From Clostridia bacterium (lineage in GTDB: Bacteria; Bacillota; Clostridia; RGIG6154), in assembly GCA_045589295.1 (NCBI GenBank), contig JAZNOU010000005.1:32001-96000 (forward strand): DNA of 64,000 nt, read 5' to 3'. The translations under genes and the position numbers were made by a program. This document shows positions 40,249-49,933 of this stretch, in pieces (positions within the stretch are counted from its first letter, which is position 1; every line of letters starts with the position of its first letter). The notes below the pieces were generated by a model. It searched no databases, was not told where the DNA came from, and was given only the letters and a program-made list of their open reading frames with translations.

Positions 40249-40995
40249 ATGAGAAAGTATGTTATTGCAGGAAACTGGAAAATGAACAAAACTCCTTCAG
40301 AAGCAAAAGCTTTAATTCAGGAGTTAAAACCTTTGGTTGAAGATGCTAAATGTGATGTTGTTGTTATTCCTCCATTTACTTCACTTTGTGCAGTATTGGA
40401 AGAAACTAAGGGTACAAACATCAAAGTTGGTGCTCAGAATATGTATTTTGAAGAAAGTGGTGCTTTTACTGGCGAAATTGCTCCTTCAATGCTTAAAGAA
40501 CTCGGCGTTGAATATGTTGTAATCGGTCACTCAGAAAGAAGAGAATACTTTGCTGAAACTGATTTTACAGTTAACAAAAAGGTGAAAAAGGCATTGGAAC
40601 ACGGCATTACACCAATTCTTTGCTGCGGTGAAAGCTTAGAGCAGAGAGAACTCGGCATTACATTTGAACATATTGCAATGCAGATAAAAATCGGCTTAAC
40701 TGGAATTGAAGCAGAAGATGCTAAAAAAATCATCATTGCTTACGAACCTATCTGGGCTATCGGAACAGGTAAAACTGCTACTGACGAACAGGCAAACGAA
40801 GTTTGTAAAGCAATCAGAGATACATTAGCTAGCCTCTATGGTCAGGCTGTAGCTGATGAAATCACAATTCAGTACGGCGGAAGTGTAAATGCTAAAAATG
40901 CATCAGGTCTTATGGCTATGTCTGATATCGATGGTGGCTTGGTTGGCGGTGCAAGCTTAAAAGCTCCCGACTTTGCTACAATCGTGCACTTTTAA
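40249..40995 (+). CDS. tpiA: triosephosphate isomerase
   Basis: [29 protein letters not shown]. Confidence 0.98.
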   Translation: MRKYVIAGNWKMNKTPSEAKALIQELKPLVEDAKCDVVVIPPFTSLCAVLEETKGTNIKVGAQNMYFEESGAFTGEIAPSMLKELGVEYVVIGHSERREYFAETDFTVNKKVKKALEHGITPILCCGESLEQRELGITFEHIAMQIKIGLTGIEAEDAKKIIIAYEPIWAIGTGKTATDEQANEVCKAIRDTLASLYGQAVADEITIQYGGSVNAKNASGLMAMSDIDGGLVGGASLKAPDFATIVHF

Positions 40996-41059
40996 TTAAA
41001 ACTTGATTTTATTGGGCGATTTTTTGGTCGCCCTACACTTTTGTATTAAGGAGAATTTT

Positions 41060-42580
41060 ATGAAACCATTAATGCTTATGATTTTAGACGGTTACGGCGT
41101 AAATCCGTGCACCGACAAAGGCGTAAATGCTATTTTTGAAGCAAATACACCTAATATGGACAAATTATTAAACACCTGCCCTAACACAACTCTTTCAGCA
41201 AGCGGAATGGATGTTGGTCTCCCTGAAGGTCAAATGGGCAACTCTGAAGTTGGTCATACAAACATCGGCGCAGGCAGAATTGTGTATCAGGAACTTACAA
41301 GAATTACAAAATCAATTTCAGATGGCGACTTTTTTGAAAACGAAGCACTCAAAAGCGCTATTAAAAACTGCCTTGATAACAACTCTTCACTTCATTTGAT
41401 GGGACTTTTATCAGACGGCGGTGTTCATTCACACAACAAGCACCTTTATGCTTTGGTTGAAATGGCTAAAAAAATGGGACTTGAAAAAGTTTACGTTCAT
41501 TGCTTTTTGGACGGACGTGACGTTCCCCCATCATCAGGTGCTGATTTTGTTAAAGAACTTGAAGAAGAACTCAAAAAGATTGGTACAGGTAAAATCGCAA
41601 CTGTTATGGGCAGATTTTATGCTATGGACAGAGATAATCGTTGGGAACGCGTAGGAAAAGCATACGATGCTATGGCAAAAGGTATCGGTAATATGGATAC
41701 TGATGCTTATGAAGCTGTTAAAAAGTCTTACGAACAGGATATTACAGATGAATTTGTTGTTCCTACTGTTATTACAACTGCAGGCGAAGCTACAGCAACA
41801 ATCAAATCAGAAGACAGTGTTGTTATGTTCAATTTCCGTCCTGACAGAGCAAGAGAAATCACAAGAACATTCGTAGACCATGAGTTTACAGGCTTTGAAA
41901 GAGAATTTATCAAACCACTTTACGTTTGTATGACTCAGTATGATGCTACAATGCCAAACGTTATGGTTGCATTTAAGCCTCAGACACTTGAAAATACTTT
42001 AGGCGAAGTTTTAAGCAAAAAAGGCTTAAAACAGTTAAGGATTGCAGAAACTGAAAAATATGCGCACGTTACATTCTTCTTTAACGGCGGTGTTGAAGCA
42101 GTGTCAGACGGCGAAGACAGAGCGCTGATTGCATCACCAAAAGTTGCAACCTATGACTTAAAGCCTGAAATGAGTGCTTATGAGGTTTGCGATGAAGCAA
42201 TTAAAAGAATTGACTCTGAAAAGTATGATGTTATAATCTTAAACTTTGCTAACTGCGATATGGTTGGTCATACAGGAATATTTGATGCCGCAGTAAGTGC
42301 GGTTGAGGCAGTTGACACCTGCGTTGGAAAAGTAGTTGACAAAATGCTTGAAAAAGGCGGCAGAGTGTTAATCACTGCCGACCACGGAAACGCAGACAAA
42401 ATGCTTGACACAGACGGAAGCGCATTTACCGCGCACACAACAAACCTTGTTCCGCTTATTTTGGTTGGCGATGATAAAGAGCTTAAAGAAGGTCGCCTCT
42501 GTGACCTCGCTCCTACAATGCTTGAACTTATGGGCATTGAAAAACCTGCCGAAATGGCAGGCGAAAGCTTAATAAAATAA
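41060..42580 (+). CDS. gpmI: 2,3-BPG-independent phosphoglycerate mutase
   Basis: [41 protein letters not shown]. Confidence 0.98.
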   Translation: MKPLMLMILDGYGVNPCTDKGVNAIFEANTPNMDKLLNTCPNTTLSASGMDVGLPEGQMGNSEVGHTNIGAGRIVYQELTRITKSISDGDFFENEALKSAIKNCLDNNSSLHLMGLLSDGGVHSHNKHLYALVEMAKKMGLEKVYVHCFLDGRDVPPSSGADFVKELEEELKKIGTGKIATVMGRFYAMDRDNRWERVGKAYDAMAKGIGNMDTDAYEAVKKSYEQDITDEFVVPTVITTAGEATATIKSEDSVVMFNFRPDRAREITRTFVDHEFTGFEREFIKPLYVCMTQYDATMPNVMVAFKPQTLENTLGEVLSKKGLKQLRIAETEKYAHVTFFFNGGVEAVSDGEDRALIASPKVATYDLKPEMSAYEVCDEAIKRIDSEKYDVIILNFANCDMVGHTGIFDAAVSAVEAVDTCVGKVVDKMLEKGGRVLITADHGNADKMLDTDGSAFTAHTTNLVPLILVGDDKELKEGRLCDLAPTMLELMGIEKPAEMAGESLIK

Positions 42581-42592
42581 TTTAAACAAACT

Positions 42593-42622
42593 AAAACCAG
42601 CCCTTTTAAAAGGGCTGGTTTT
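42593..42622. terminator. bidirectional terminator overlapping the 3' end of the convergent gene
   Basis: perfect palindrome AAAACCAGCCCTTTTAAAAGGGCTGGTTTT. Confidence 0.8.
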
Positions 42623-43760
42623 CTTGTACTATTTTAATTTCTCTGTTATCACAAAGTTCGGCTTCTATTTTATCAATTCTTTTTGTAAGTTCTGCTATCA
42701 TTTTAAAAAGCATATCACCGTCTTCTTCTTTTTTATACTCAGGTGGTGGCGATAAAAGTGGTTCTTCTTCTATATAATTTTCAATGTCAGGCTTTATTTC
42801 TTCAAATGGTTTTGGCTTTTCTATTTTTATATTTTCTTCTAAAAACGATGGAACTAATTTACCGTTATCTGTTTCATAACCATATGTATAGTTGGTTCTT
42901 ATATCCGCTCCTGTTTTGTCTGCTGATATTATTTTTACAATTCCCTGTTTATTAAAACTTCCAGGGAAGAAGTATTTCGCACTTAAAAAACTGTCACCCA
43001 TATTGTCACTTACTGCCCTTAGCACTCTTCCCGCAAAATCAAACAAAATATTGATTTTATCATTAATAACTATAACAGGTTTTAAGACAGAATACCCTCC
43101 GCTAATTATTTCATGAGCCTTTTTCTCATTTGTATAGGCGATTTTATATTTATTTTCCTCCCCTATACACACTGCTACGTGGTAATTATTATTTTCATCA
43201 AAAGCAGCGGTTATATAGTGAATTTCTTCATTAAATTTAAAAATCCCTGTATAATTTGACCATTTCTTTTCATTCCACATATACTTTTTAAATCCAAGCT
43301 CTCGCCCTCTTGCAAAAAAGCAATAGATGTTTCCGAATTTATCAGAAAGTGCAAAATAGCTTTTAAAATCACCGCTTTTTTCAATTATTTCAGGCTCGGA
43401 TTCACCAAATATTATGTGGTGAACTATCAAGGTACTGTCTTTATGCTTTACTGTATAAAATGCATTAAGCCAACCACCTACATTTACGAGGGAGAAATTT
43501 TTGTTATACACTTCTTCAACGCTCGATTCAAGCATACACTTATTATGCCAGCAGTTTCCATCATACCAATACAAATAAAAATAATTTTTTTCATCCTGGC
43601 AAAGCATATAAATTTTCTCTTCCCCGTCTGCCGTTACATCAAAATCATCAAGTCCGCCACCAAAAAGTTCTTCATTTTTTCCATCTGGATAAATACACCT
43701 TATTCCGTTATCATAATAAAACTGCCAGAGACCATAAGATGTATAAACTGCCTTTTTCAT
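42606..43760 (-). CDS. hypothetical protein, aromatic beta-rich with short C-terminal coiled coil; probably mother-cell expressed
   Basis: long ORF; sigma-E-like promoter upstream. Confidence 0.7.
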   Translation of the reverse strand: MKKAVYTSYGLWQFYYDNGIRCIYPDGKNEELFGGGLDDFDVTADGEEKIYMLCQDEKNYFYLYWYDGNCWHNKCMLESSVEEVYNKNFSLVNVGGWLNAFYTVKHKDSTLIVHHIIFGESEPEIIEKSGDFKSYFALSDKFGNIYCFFARGRELGFKKYMWNEKKWSNYTGIFKFNEEIHYITAAFDENNNYHVAVCIGEENKYKIAYTNEKKAHEIISGGYSVLKPVIVINDKINILFDFAGRVLRAVSDNMGDSFLSAKYFFPGSFNKQGIVKIISADKTGADIRTNYTYGYETDNGKLVPSFLEENIKIEKPKPFEEIKPDIENYIEEEPLLSPPPEYKKEEDGDMLFKMIAELTKRIDKIEAELCDNREIKIVQENQPF

Positions 43761-43791
43761 ATTAATCAACCTTTCCGTAAAGTCTTTTTAA

Positions 43792-43820
43792 AATATATGA
43801 CTTTGGGATTATAAATATGA
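43792..43820 (-). promoter_or_regulatory. sigma-E-type promoter
   Basis: TCATATT-N14-CATATATT on minus. Confidence 0.65.
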
Positions 43821-43825
43821 AATTT

Positions 43826-43860
43826 GACACAAAACAAAAACTTTAACATATTATGTATTG
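43826..43860 (+). promoter_or_regulatory. sigma-K-type promoter
   Basis: GACACA-N15-CATATTATGTATTG. Confidence 0.55.
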
Positions 43861-43893
43861 GGGAATACCTAAAAATAATCAGGAGGTACTTTT

Positions 43894-44736
43894 ATGAATA
43901 AAGGAATTTCACCCGGTCCTGTTGGTCCTAACACGGGCAGTTGCATAAAAGAAGCTGTTTGTATTCATACCGACAAGGTTTATGATGCGTGCAGGGACAA
44001 AGAATGTCTTCAAGATGTAAGGGTTTACTTAACTGTAGGCGATCAGGAAATTGTTGACCGTGCAGTCAGCATCAAAGCTACAACAGCTGAACTTATCTGG
44101 GTTACAAGCGATGTTGAGCCTGTACCATTCCATTCAGGCTATTATTCTGTTGATATCAGATTTTTCTTCAGAGTTACTTTAGATGTTTGCAGTGACACAG
44201 GCAGACCTAAACGTGTAGAAGGTCTTGCAGTATATGATAAAAAAGTAGTTTTATTTGGTTCAGAAGGAAAATCAAAAGTTTTCCGTTCTCTATACAGTGC
44301 AGGCGGCTGCGATAAACAACTTGCAGGTAAAACAAATCTTCCTCAAGCAGTCGTTGAGGCGGTAGACCCAATTACCCTTTCTGCGAAATTTGTTGACAGA
44401 TGCTGTCAGAGAAACATTGTTGATGACTGCTATGATATTGCAAGCACTCCCGATGTTGTTTGCGGATGCTTTGAAAACGTATTTTCTGACCCACGTGCAG
44501 AAAGAAGAGTTTATGTTACTTTGGGACTTTTCACTATTATCAAGCTTGAAAGAAGCGTTCAACTTTTAATTCCAGTATACGATTTCTGCATACCTGAAAA
44601 CGAATCTGTATCAAGCACACAAGGAGACCCTTGTGATTTATTTGATAAAATCAAGTTTCCTGTTGACGAATTTTATCCGCCACAAAAACACGATTTTGGT
44701 GACGGAACATCAAACGGTTGCAATAATTGCTGCTAA
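43894..44736 (+). CDS. Cys-rich CsxA-like exosporium/spore outer-layer protein
   Basis: CIHTDKVYDACRDKECL and VTLGLFTIIK.ERSVQLLIP.YDFC.P...DPC..F...FYPPQ resemble the N- and C-terminal blocks of clostridial CsxA as recalled; AGGAGG RBS. Confidence 0.65.
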   Translation: MNKGISPGPVGPNTGSCIKEAVCIHTDKVYDACRDKECLQDVRVYLTVGDQEIVDRAVSIKATTAELIWVTSDVEPVPFHSGYYSVDIRFFFRVTLDVCSDTGRPKRVEGLAVYDKKVVLFGSEGKSKVFRSLYSAGGCDKQLAGKTNLPQAVVEAVDPITLSAKFVDRCCQRNIVDDCYDIASTPDVVCGCFENVFSDPRAERRVYVTLGLFTIIKLERSVQLLIPVYDFCIPENESVSSTQGDPCDLFDKIKFPVDEFYPPQKHDFGDGTSNGCNNCC

Positions 44737-44764
44737 AAAAATCCACCCTTACGGGTGGATTTTT
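44737..44764. terminator. bidirectional terminator
   Basis: AAAAATCCACCC-TTAC-GGGTGGATTTTT. Confidence 0.8.
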
Positions 44765-44765
44765 A

Positions 44766-46949
44766 CTATTCTTCTGTTGGTGGAATTGCTGGTTCTGCCG
44801 TTGTAGAATGAGTACATATTTCCTCAGTTCCATCAGATGGTTGAACTCTCATTTCCACATCACTTAAATTACATTCAGGCCCTGCAATCATTCCTGTTGT
44901 TTTGTCAACCTGAACGTATTTATGAAGATCACATGTTGCATTTGTAAGACTTGCAACCCCTATATACTCTGTAACTACTCTGCTTCCTCTGTAATCCTGA
45001 TAGCAAAGGTCTGTTGCAAGTTTTCCGCTGTCCATACACATATTAGTAGCAGACGCCGTACTCTTTGACACATCAAACTGCTTACTCTTAAGCCCCTCAT
45101 GTGATTTTTGCATTACGGCTTTCCAAAGTGCAACAGCAGGGTTAACTCCGTAACCAGTTATTGTCTTAGGTTCATCAAAACCTACCCATACACCTGCCGC
45201 ATAATAAGGGGTTACACCCATAAACCATCTGTCTTTATCATCATCAGTTGTGCCTGTTTTTCCGCCTGCAGGGAAATTTGAAAGCCTTGCAGGTGTTCCT
45301 GTTCCGTAGTCAACAACACTCTTTAGAACACTAAGCATGGTTGCAGCTGTACTTTCAGACATAGCAACATTGCTTTTTTTGGAGTGTTCGTAAATAACTT
45401 TACCTTTATTATCCTTAATCATTTCGACAGTATATGGTACTGTATAAATACCTTTATTAACAAATGCAGAATATGCTGCTGTCATTTCAAGGACTGACAC
45501 ACCATTTGTAAGCCCGCCCAAAGCAAGCGGTGAATATGCCTTATCCCTGTTATCTATTGATGTAAAATTAAGATTTTTTGTTAAAAAGTCGTATGATTTA
45601 TCAAGTCCCACTTTTTCAAGTGCCTTAACCGCAACGGTATTGACTGATTGTTCTACTGCATATTTTACAGTCATAGGTCCTTTAAAGCCTTGATAATAAT
45701 TCTTTATTGAATGATTTCCTACAGAATATGCTTCATCTACAAACATTGTGCCTGGTGTAAACTTCTTATATTCAAATCCCGGCGCGTAAACACTAAGTGG
45801 TTTTATTGAGCTTCCAGGCTGACGCAAAGTCATTGTTGCTCTGTTTAATGTTCTTTCTGAAGTTTTTCTTCCAAGTCCTCCACCTACACCTTTAACCTGT
45901 CCTGTATATGGATCCATAACTACAATAGCTGCCTGAATTGGATATTCCTCGTTATAGTTTATAGTTTTTGAAGGATTTGAAAAAATTTGATCAATCGCTT
46001 TTTGTACTTTAGGATCAACTGTTGTATAAATTTGAAGTCCGCCTCTGTAAATCATCTGCGCTGCCATAGTTTTGTTAATACCAAGTTCTTTTTGGAGAAT
46101 TGGTATAACTTCTTCAATTACATGGTCTGTATAATATGACTGTGAGCTTACAGCGTCATCTGTGTCGTTATTCTGAATGTTAAGTTTTTCTGCTATCGCC
46201 TCATCATATTCATCTTGTGTAATCATCTCAAGCTCAAGCATTTTTTTAAGCACAAGCTCCTGCTTTTGCTTATTTGCTTCAGGATTTAAAATTGGATCGT
46301 ATCTTGTTGGATACTGTGTAATACCAGCTATTGATGCACATTCTGCCAAAGTAAGTTCGGAAACCGCCTTGCCAAAATACTTATTTGCCGCCGTTTCCAC
46401 ACCATTACATCCCTGACTTAAGTATATTGTATTAAGATACAATTCTAAAATCTGGGTTTTGGTCATTTTTCTGTCCATATCAATAGCCCTGATAATCTCA
46501 ATTATCTTTCGTTTTGCAGTCGTATCATCATAACCAGTAATATTTTTTACAAGCTGCTGGTTTATGGTACTGCCACCAAAAGACGAGTCTCTTTTTACAA
46601 GATAATTAAAAGTAGCTTTGAAAGTTCTCGGCAAATCGAAGCCTGAATGTTTATAAAATCTTTCGTCCTCGATAGCAACAAAAGCCTGCGGCAAATACTC
46701 AGGCATATCAGAGATATCCGCCCATAACCTGTTTTGCTCGCCATACACCTGATCGTACTCGAATTCCTTACCTTCGTTGTCAGTATAATAAACAACACTG
46801 GAAAAATTAAGTCCCACCGAACTATAATCCACACCTGAATCGCTAACCGCAAGAGCATAGATAATTACACCTGTAATTATCGCCCCGACTATACCGAAAA
46901 TTATTAAAGATTTCCAGAAAACTGACAAAAACTTCTTATTACAAATCAT
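44766..46949 (-). CDS. class A penicillin-binding protein (PBP1A family)
   Basis: transglycosylase AIEDERFYKH, GGSTINQQLVKN; transpeptidase QPGSSIKP, QSVN, GKTGT. Confidence 0.95.
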   Translation of the reverse strand: MICNKKFLSVFWKSLIIFGIVGAIITGVIIYALAVSDSGVDYSSVGLNFSSVVYYTDNEGKEFEYDQVYGEQNRLWADISDMPEYLPQAFVAIEDERFYKHSGFDLPRTFKATFNYLVKRDSSFGGSTINQQLVKNITGYDDTTAKRKIIEIIRAIDMDRKMTKTQILELYLNTIYLSQGCNGVETAANKYFGKAVSELTLAECASIAGITQYPTRYDPILNPEANKQKQELVLKKMLELEMITQDEYDEAIAEKLNIQNNDTDDAVSSQSYYTDHVIEEVIPILQKELGINKTMAAQMIYRGGLQIYTTVDPKVQKAIDQIFSNPSKTINYNEEYPIQAAIVVMDPYTGQVKGVGGGLGRKTSERTLNRATMTLRQPGSSIKPLSVYAPGFEYKKFTPGTMFVDEAYSVGNHSIKNYYQGFKGPMTVKYAVEQSVNTVAVKALEKVGLDKSYDFLTKNLNFTSIDNRDKAYSPLALGGLTNGVSVLEMTAAYSAFVNKGIYTVPYTVEMIKDNKGKVIYEHSKKSNVAMSESTAATMLSVLKSVVDYGTGTPARLSNFPAGGKTGTTDDDKDRWFMGVTPYYAAGVWVGFDEPKTITGYGVNPAVALWKAVMQKSHEGLKSKQFDVSKSTASATNMCMDSGKLATDLCYQDYRGSRVVTEYIGVASLTNATCDLHKYVQVDKTTGMIAGPECNLSDVEMRVQPSDGTEEICTHSTTAEPAIPPTEE

Positions 46950-47064
46950 CTTATCACCTCTTAGGATAACTATAGTATATCAAATAAATCAATAAAAGTA
47001 AACAAAAAATATTGACAAACCGTTTGACTGTATGTAAAATTTCTATATAAAAGGAGTGATTTAT

Positions 47065-47703
47065 ATGCAAAACATCATTAACGCATTGAAAAATAATAAT
47101 ATGGATGCTTTTTTTGCTGATACAAAAGAAGATGCATTAAAGCTTTTAAAAAAACTTTTAACCTCTGGTGAAACAATAGCAGTTGGCGGTTCTGTTACCC
47201 TCAATGAGCTTGGAGTAATAGATTTATTACGAAGTGGAGATTATAATTTTATTGACAGGTATGAAGATGGTATTTCACCGGAAGAAACAGCCAAGAGATT
47301 AAAAAAAGGACTTGCCGCAGACACATTTATCTGTTCAAGCAATGCTATTACAAAAGACGGATATCTTTATAATGTAGATGGTGTTGGAAATCGAGTTGCT
47401 GCCATTACTTATGGTCCTGAAAGTGTTATAATTATTGCAGGTAAGAATAAAATTGTAGAAGATTTAAAAGCAGCCGAAATCAGAGTAAAAACTATTGCTG
47501 CACCTAAAAATAGCAATAGGCTTAATGCTGATACCTACTGTCTAAAAGAAGGCAGTTGCCTTTCACTTAAAAACGATACCGCTGAAATGTGTAATGGTTG
47601 CACTGCGAATAATCGAATCTGTTGTAACTATGTTGTTACTGCAAAACAGAGAACTAAAGGAAGAATTAAAGTTATACTTGTGAACTGTGATTTAGGGTAT
47701 TGA
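47065..47703 (+). CDS. LUD-domain (lactate utilization C-like) protein
   Basis: GGSVTL, SSNAIT.DG.LYNVDGVGNRVAA, GKNKIV, RICC. Confidence 0.85.
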   Translation: MQNIINALKNNNMDAFFADTKEDALKLLKKLLTSGETIAVGGSVTLNELGVIDLLRSGDYNFIDRYEDGISPEETAKRLKKGLAADTFICSSNAITKDGYLYNVDGVGNRVAAITYGPESVIIIAGKNKIVEDLKAAEIRVKTIAAPKNSNRLNADTYCLKEGSCLSLKNDTAEMCNGCTANNRICCNYVVTAKQRTKGRIKVILVNCDLGY

Positions 47704-47799
47704 TTTGTAACATAAATTTAACCTTTTTTTAATTGATTTTTTTATTTTGCTAGTCTATAATGTAGTTATATTTATTTGATAAAAAAGGAGATAGTTTAA

Positions 47800-49524
47800 G
47801 TGTCAGAAAATCGTTCTGTAATAGAACAAAAGCCAGTTAAAAAACTCACAAAAACACACATTGCATTAATTACTGCCGCAATTATTTTAATTGCAATCAT
47901 AACAGCATTTACATGTCTTGCCGCACAATATGATAAAATTTTCAGCGGCATTAGTGTATGTAATGCCGATTTAAGTGCAATGACTGCAAACGAGGCGGCA
48001 GAAGTTTTGGAGAAAAATTTTGCTGAAAAATCACCAAAAATACAAATCAATATCAAAAATCAAAATGTTAATTTTTCTTTTAAAGATGTTGGCGAGTATG
48101 ACTACGTTACCTCTGCAGAAAACGCTTTAGGTTATGGCAAGGATAACATTTTTTCAAAATTCTTCACATACATAACTCCGTTTGTAAACAGAAATCTCCC
48201 TATGGAGTTTTATCTTGATGAAGAAAAAGTTTCTTCACTTATGGATGCTGAATACGAAAGACTTGAACAACACTTCACTCCCACAACTTACAAAATAGAG
48301 GACGATAAACTTATTATTACCTCTGGAAATGCAGGTTATGGGATTGACTCATCGGATATCATTTCCCAGATTAAAGACGGCATTTCAAAGTGCGAAGACC
48401 TCACAATTGATTCAAAAATCACCTACAAAGAATACGATGGCATTGACATTGAAAAAATATATAAAGAAGTAACCGGAAACCCTGTAGACGCGTATTACGA
48501 TAAGGAAAGCGGAGTAATTGTTCCCCATAAAAACGGATACAAATTTGATTTAAATTCCGCAAAGGAACAAACAAGAAGTGTTCCCGAAAACTCAGAAGTT
48601 ACAATTTCACTTGAAATAACATACCCGGAAATTACAGAAGCAAAACTCACTGGTAAAATGTTTGAAGATGTTTTGGCAACATATACTACAAAGTATAACT
48701 CCGCAGAAGTTGACAGAACGCACAATATGCGCCTTGCAGGAAACAAGGTAAACGGAACAGTTTTAGCTCCCGGTCAGGTATTCTCCTATAACGAGGTTGT
48801 TGGGCAAAGAACTGTCGCAAAGGGATACAGGAATGCAAAAATATTTGAAAATGGCAGAGTTGTTGATGGTTTGGCGGGTGGAATTTGTCAAGTGTCTACT
48901 ACAATTTATAATGCCGCACTTTATTCAAATATGGAAATTGTAGAAAGAAAAAATCATTCTTTTCCTGTGTCTTATGCACCCAAAGGTCAAGACGCAACCG
49001 TTGTTATGGGAGCTATAGACTTTAAATTCAAAAACTCAACAAGCAATCCAATTAAGATTACTTGTTCTATAAGCGGTGGAAATTGCACTGTTTCAATTAT
49101 GGGAATTAAGGAAAAAAATTATAAAGTGGAAATAAACAATATAATAACAGGCTCTACCCCATTTAAAACAGAATATGAAAATGATAGCACATTAGAACCA
49201 GGCAAAGAAGTTGTTAAGCAAACCGGTTCAAACGGCTATACTATAAAATCATCAAGAACTGTATATGAAAACGGAAAAGTAATAAAAACTGAAAGTCTTC
49301 CGTCAAGCTACTACATTCCGCTTTCAAAAATTGTTTTGCGAAACGAAACAGCAACAGAGGTTCCACCCGAGGAAAACATAGAGGTTTCAGTTCCTGTTGA
49401 AGATCCAGCCTCAACTGATAATCCTTCCGCAGAAACGGGCACAGATACCCCCCCTGTAAGCGAATCTGAGTCACAAGAAGTTACATCTCCCGAGCTTAAT
49501 CTTGAAACTGAAATTTATTCATAA
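47800..49524 (+). CDS. VanW-domain protein with PG_binding_4 and G5 domains; probable L,D-transpeptidase
   Basis: FSYNEVVG.RT, GGICQVSTT, ERKNHS, G.DATV; G5-like KEVVKQTGSNG; acidic tail. Confidence 0.88.
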   Translation: MSENRSVIEQKPVKKLTKTHIALITAAIILIAIITAFTCLAAQYDKIFSGISVCNADLSAMTANEAAEVLEKNFAEKSPKIQINIKNQNVNFSFKDVGEYDYVTSAENALGYGKDNIFSKFFTYITPFVNRNLPMEFYLDEEKVSSLMDAEYERLEQHFTPTTYKIEDDKLIITSGNAGYGIDSSDIISQIKDGISKCEDLTIDSKITYKEYDGIDIEKIYKEVTGNPVDAYYDKESGVIVPHKNGYKFDLNSAKEQTRSVPENSEVTISLEITYPEITEAKLTGKMFEDVLATYTTKYNSAEVDRTHNMRLAGNKVNGTVLAPGQVFSYNEVVGQRTVAKGYRNAKIFENGRVVDGLAGGICQVSTTIYNAALYSNMEIVERKNHSFPVSYAPKGQDATVVMGAIDFKFKNSTSNPIKITCSISGGNCTVSIMGIKEKNYKVEINNIITGSTPFKTEYENDSTLEPGKEVVKQTGSNGYTIKSSRTVYENGKVIKTESLPSSYYIPLSKIVLRNETATEVPPEENIEVSVPVEDPASTDNPSAETGTDTPPVSESESQEVTSPELNLETEIYS

Positions 49525-49586
49525 AACTTATTGACAAAAACACTAAAATATGTTAATATGTTTAAGTACTATGGAGGTGTAAAATT

Positions 49587-49823
49587 ATGCAGATAGCTTT
49601 AACAATAGTTCAGATTATTATTACCGTTGCTTTAATAATTACAGTTTTAATGCAATCTGGTAAAACTCAAGGCTTGTCAGGCAGCATTGCAGGCGGTGCT
49701 GAAACATTTTTTGGTAAAAACAAAGGCCGCACATTAGACGGCATTTTAAGCAAGATAACATCTGTTCTTGCAGTATTGTTCATCATTTCTTCAATTGCTT
49801 TGTCAATTGTTATGATGAAATAA
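49587..49823 (+). CDS. secG: preprotein translocase subunit SecG
   Basis: VLMQSGK..GLSGSIAGGAE.FFGKNKGR. Confidence 0.95.
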   Translation: MQIALTIVQIIITVALIITVLMQSGKTQGLSGSIAGGAETFFGKNKGRTLDGILSKITSVLAVLFIISSIALSIVMMK

Positions 49824-49837
49824 TTAAAAGAAAATTT

Positions 49838-49889
49838 ATGCAGGCAAGTTATTTTTCCTATTGGGAATAATACACTTGCCTGCATTTTT
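49838..49889 (+). terminator. long hairpin plus U-tract between secG and rnr
   Basis: ATGCAGGCAAGT...ACTTGCCTGCAT-TTTT. Confidence 0.65.
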
Positions 49890-49933
49890 ATTGTGAATAC
49901 AATTATTTTTGCTTCTTATTACTTAGGAAAGGA

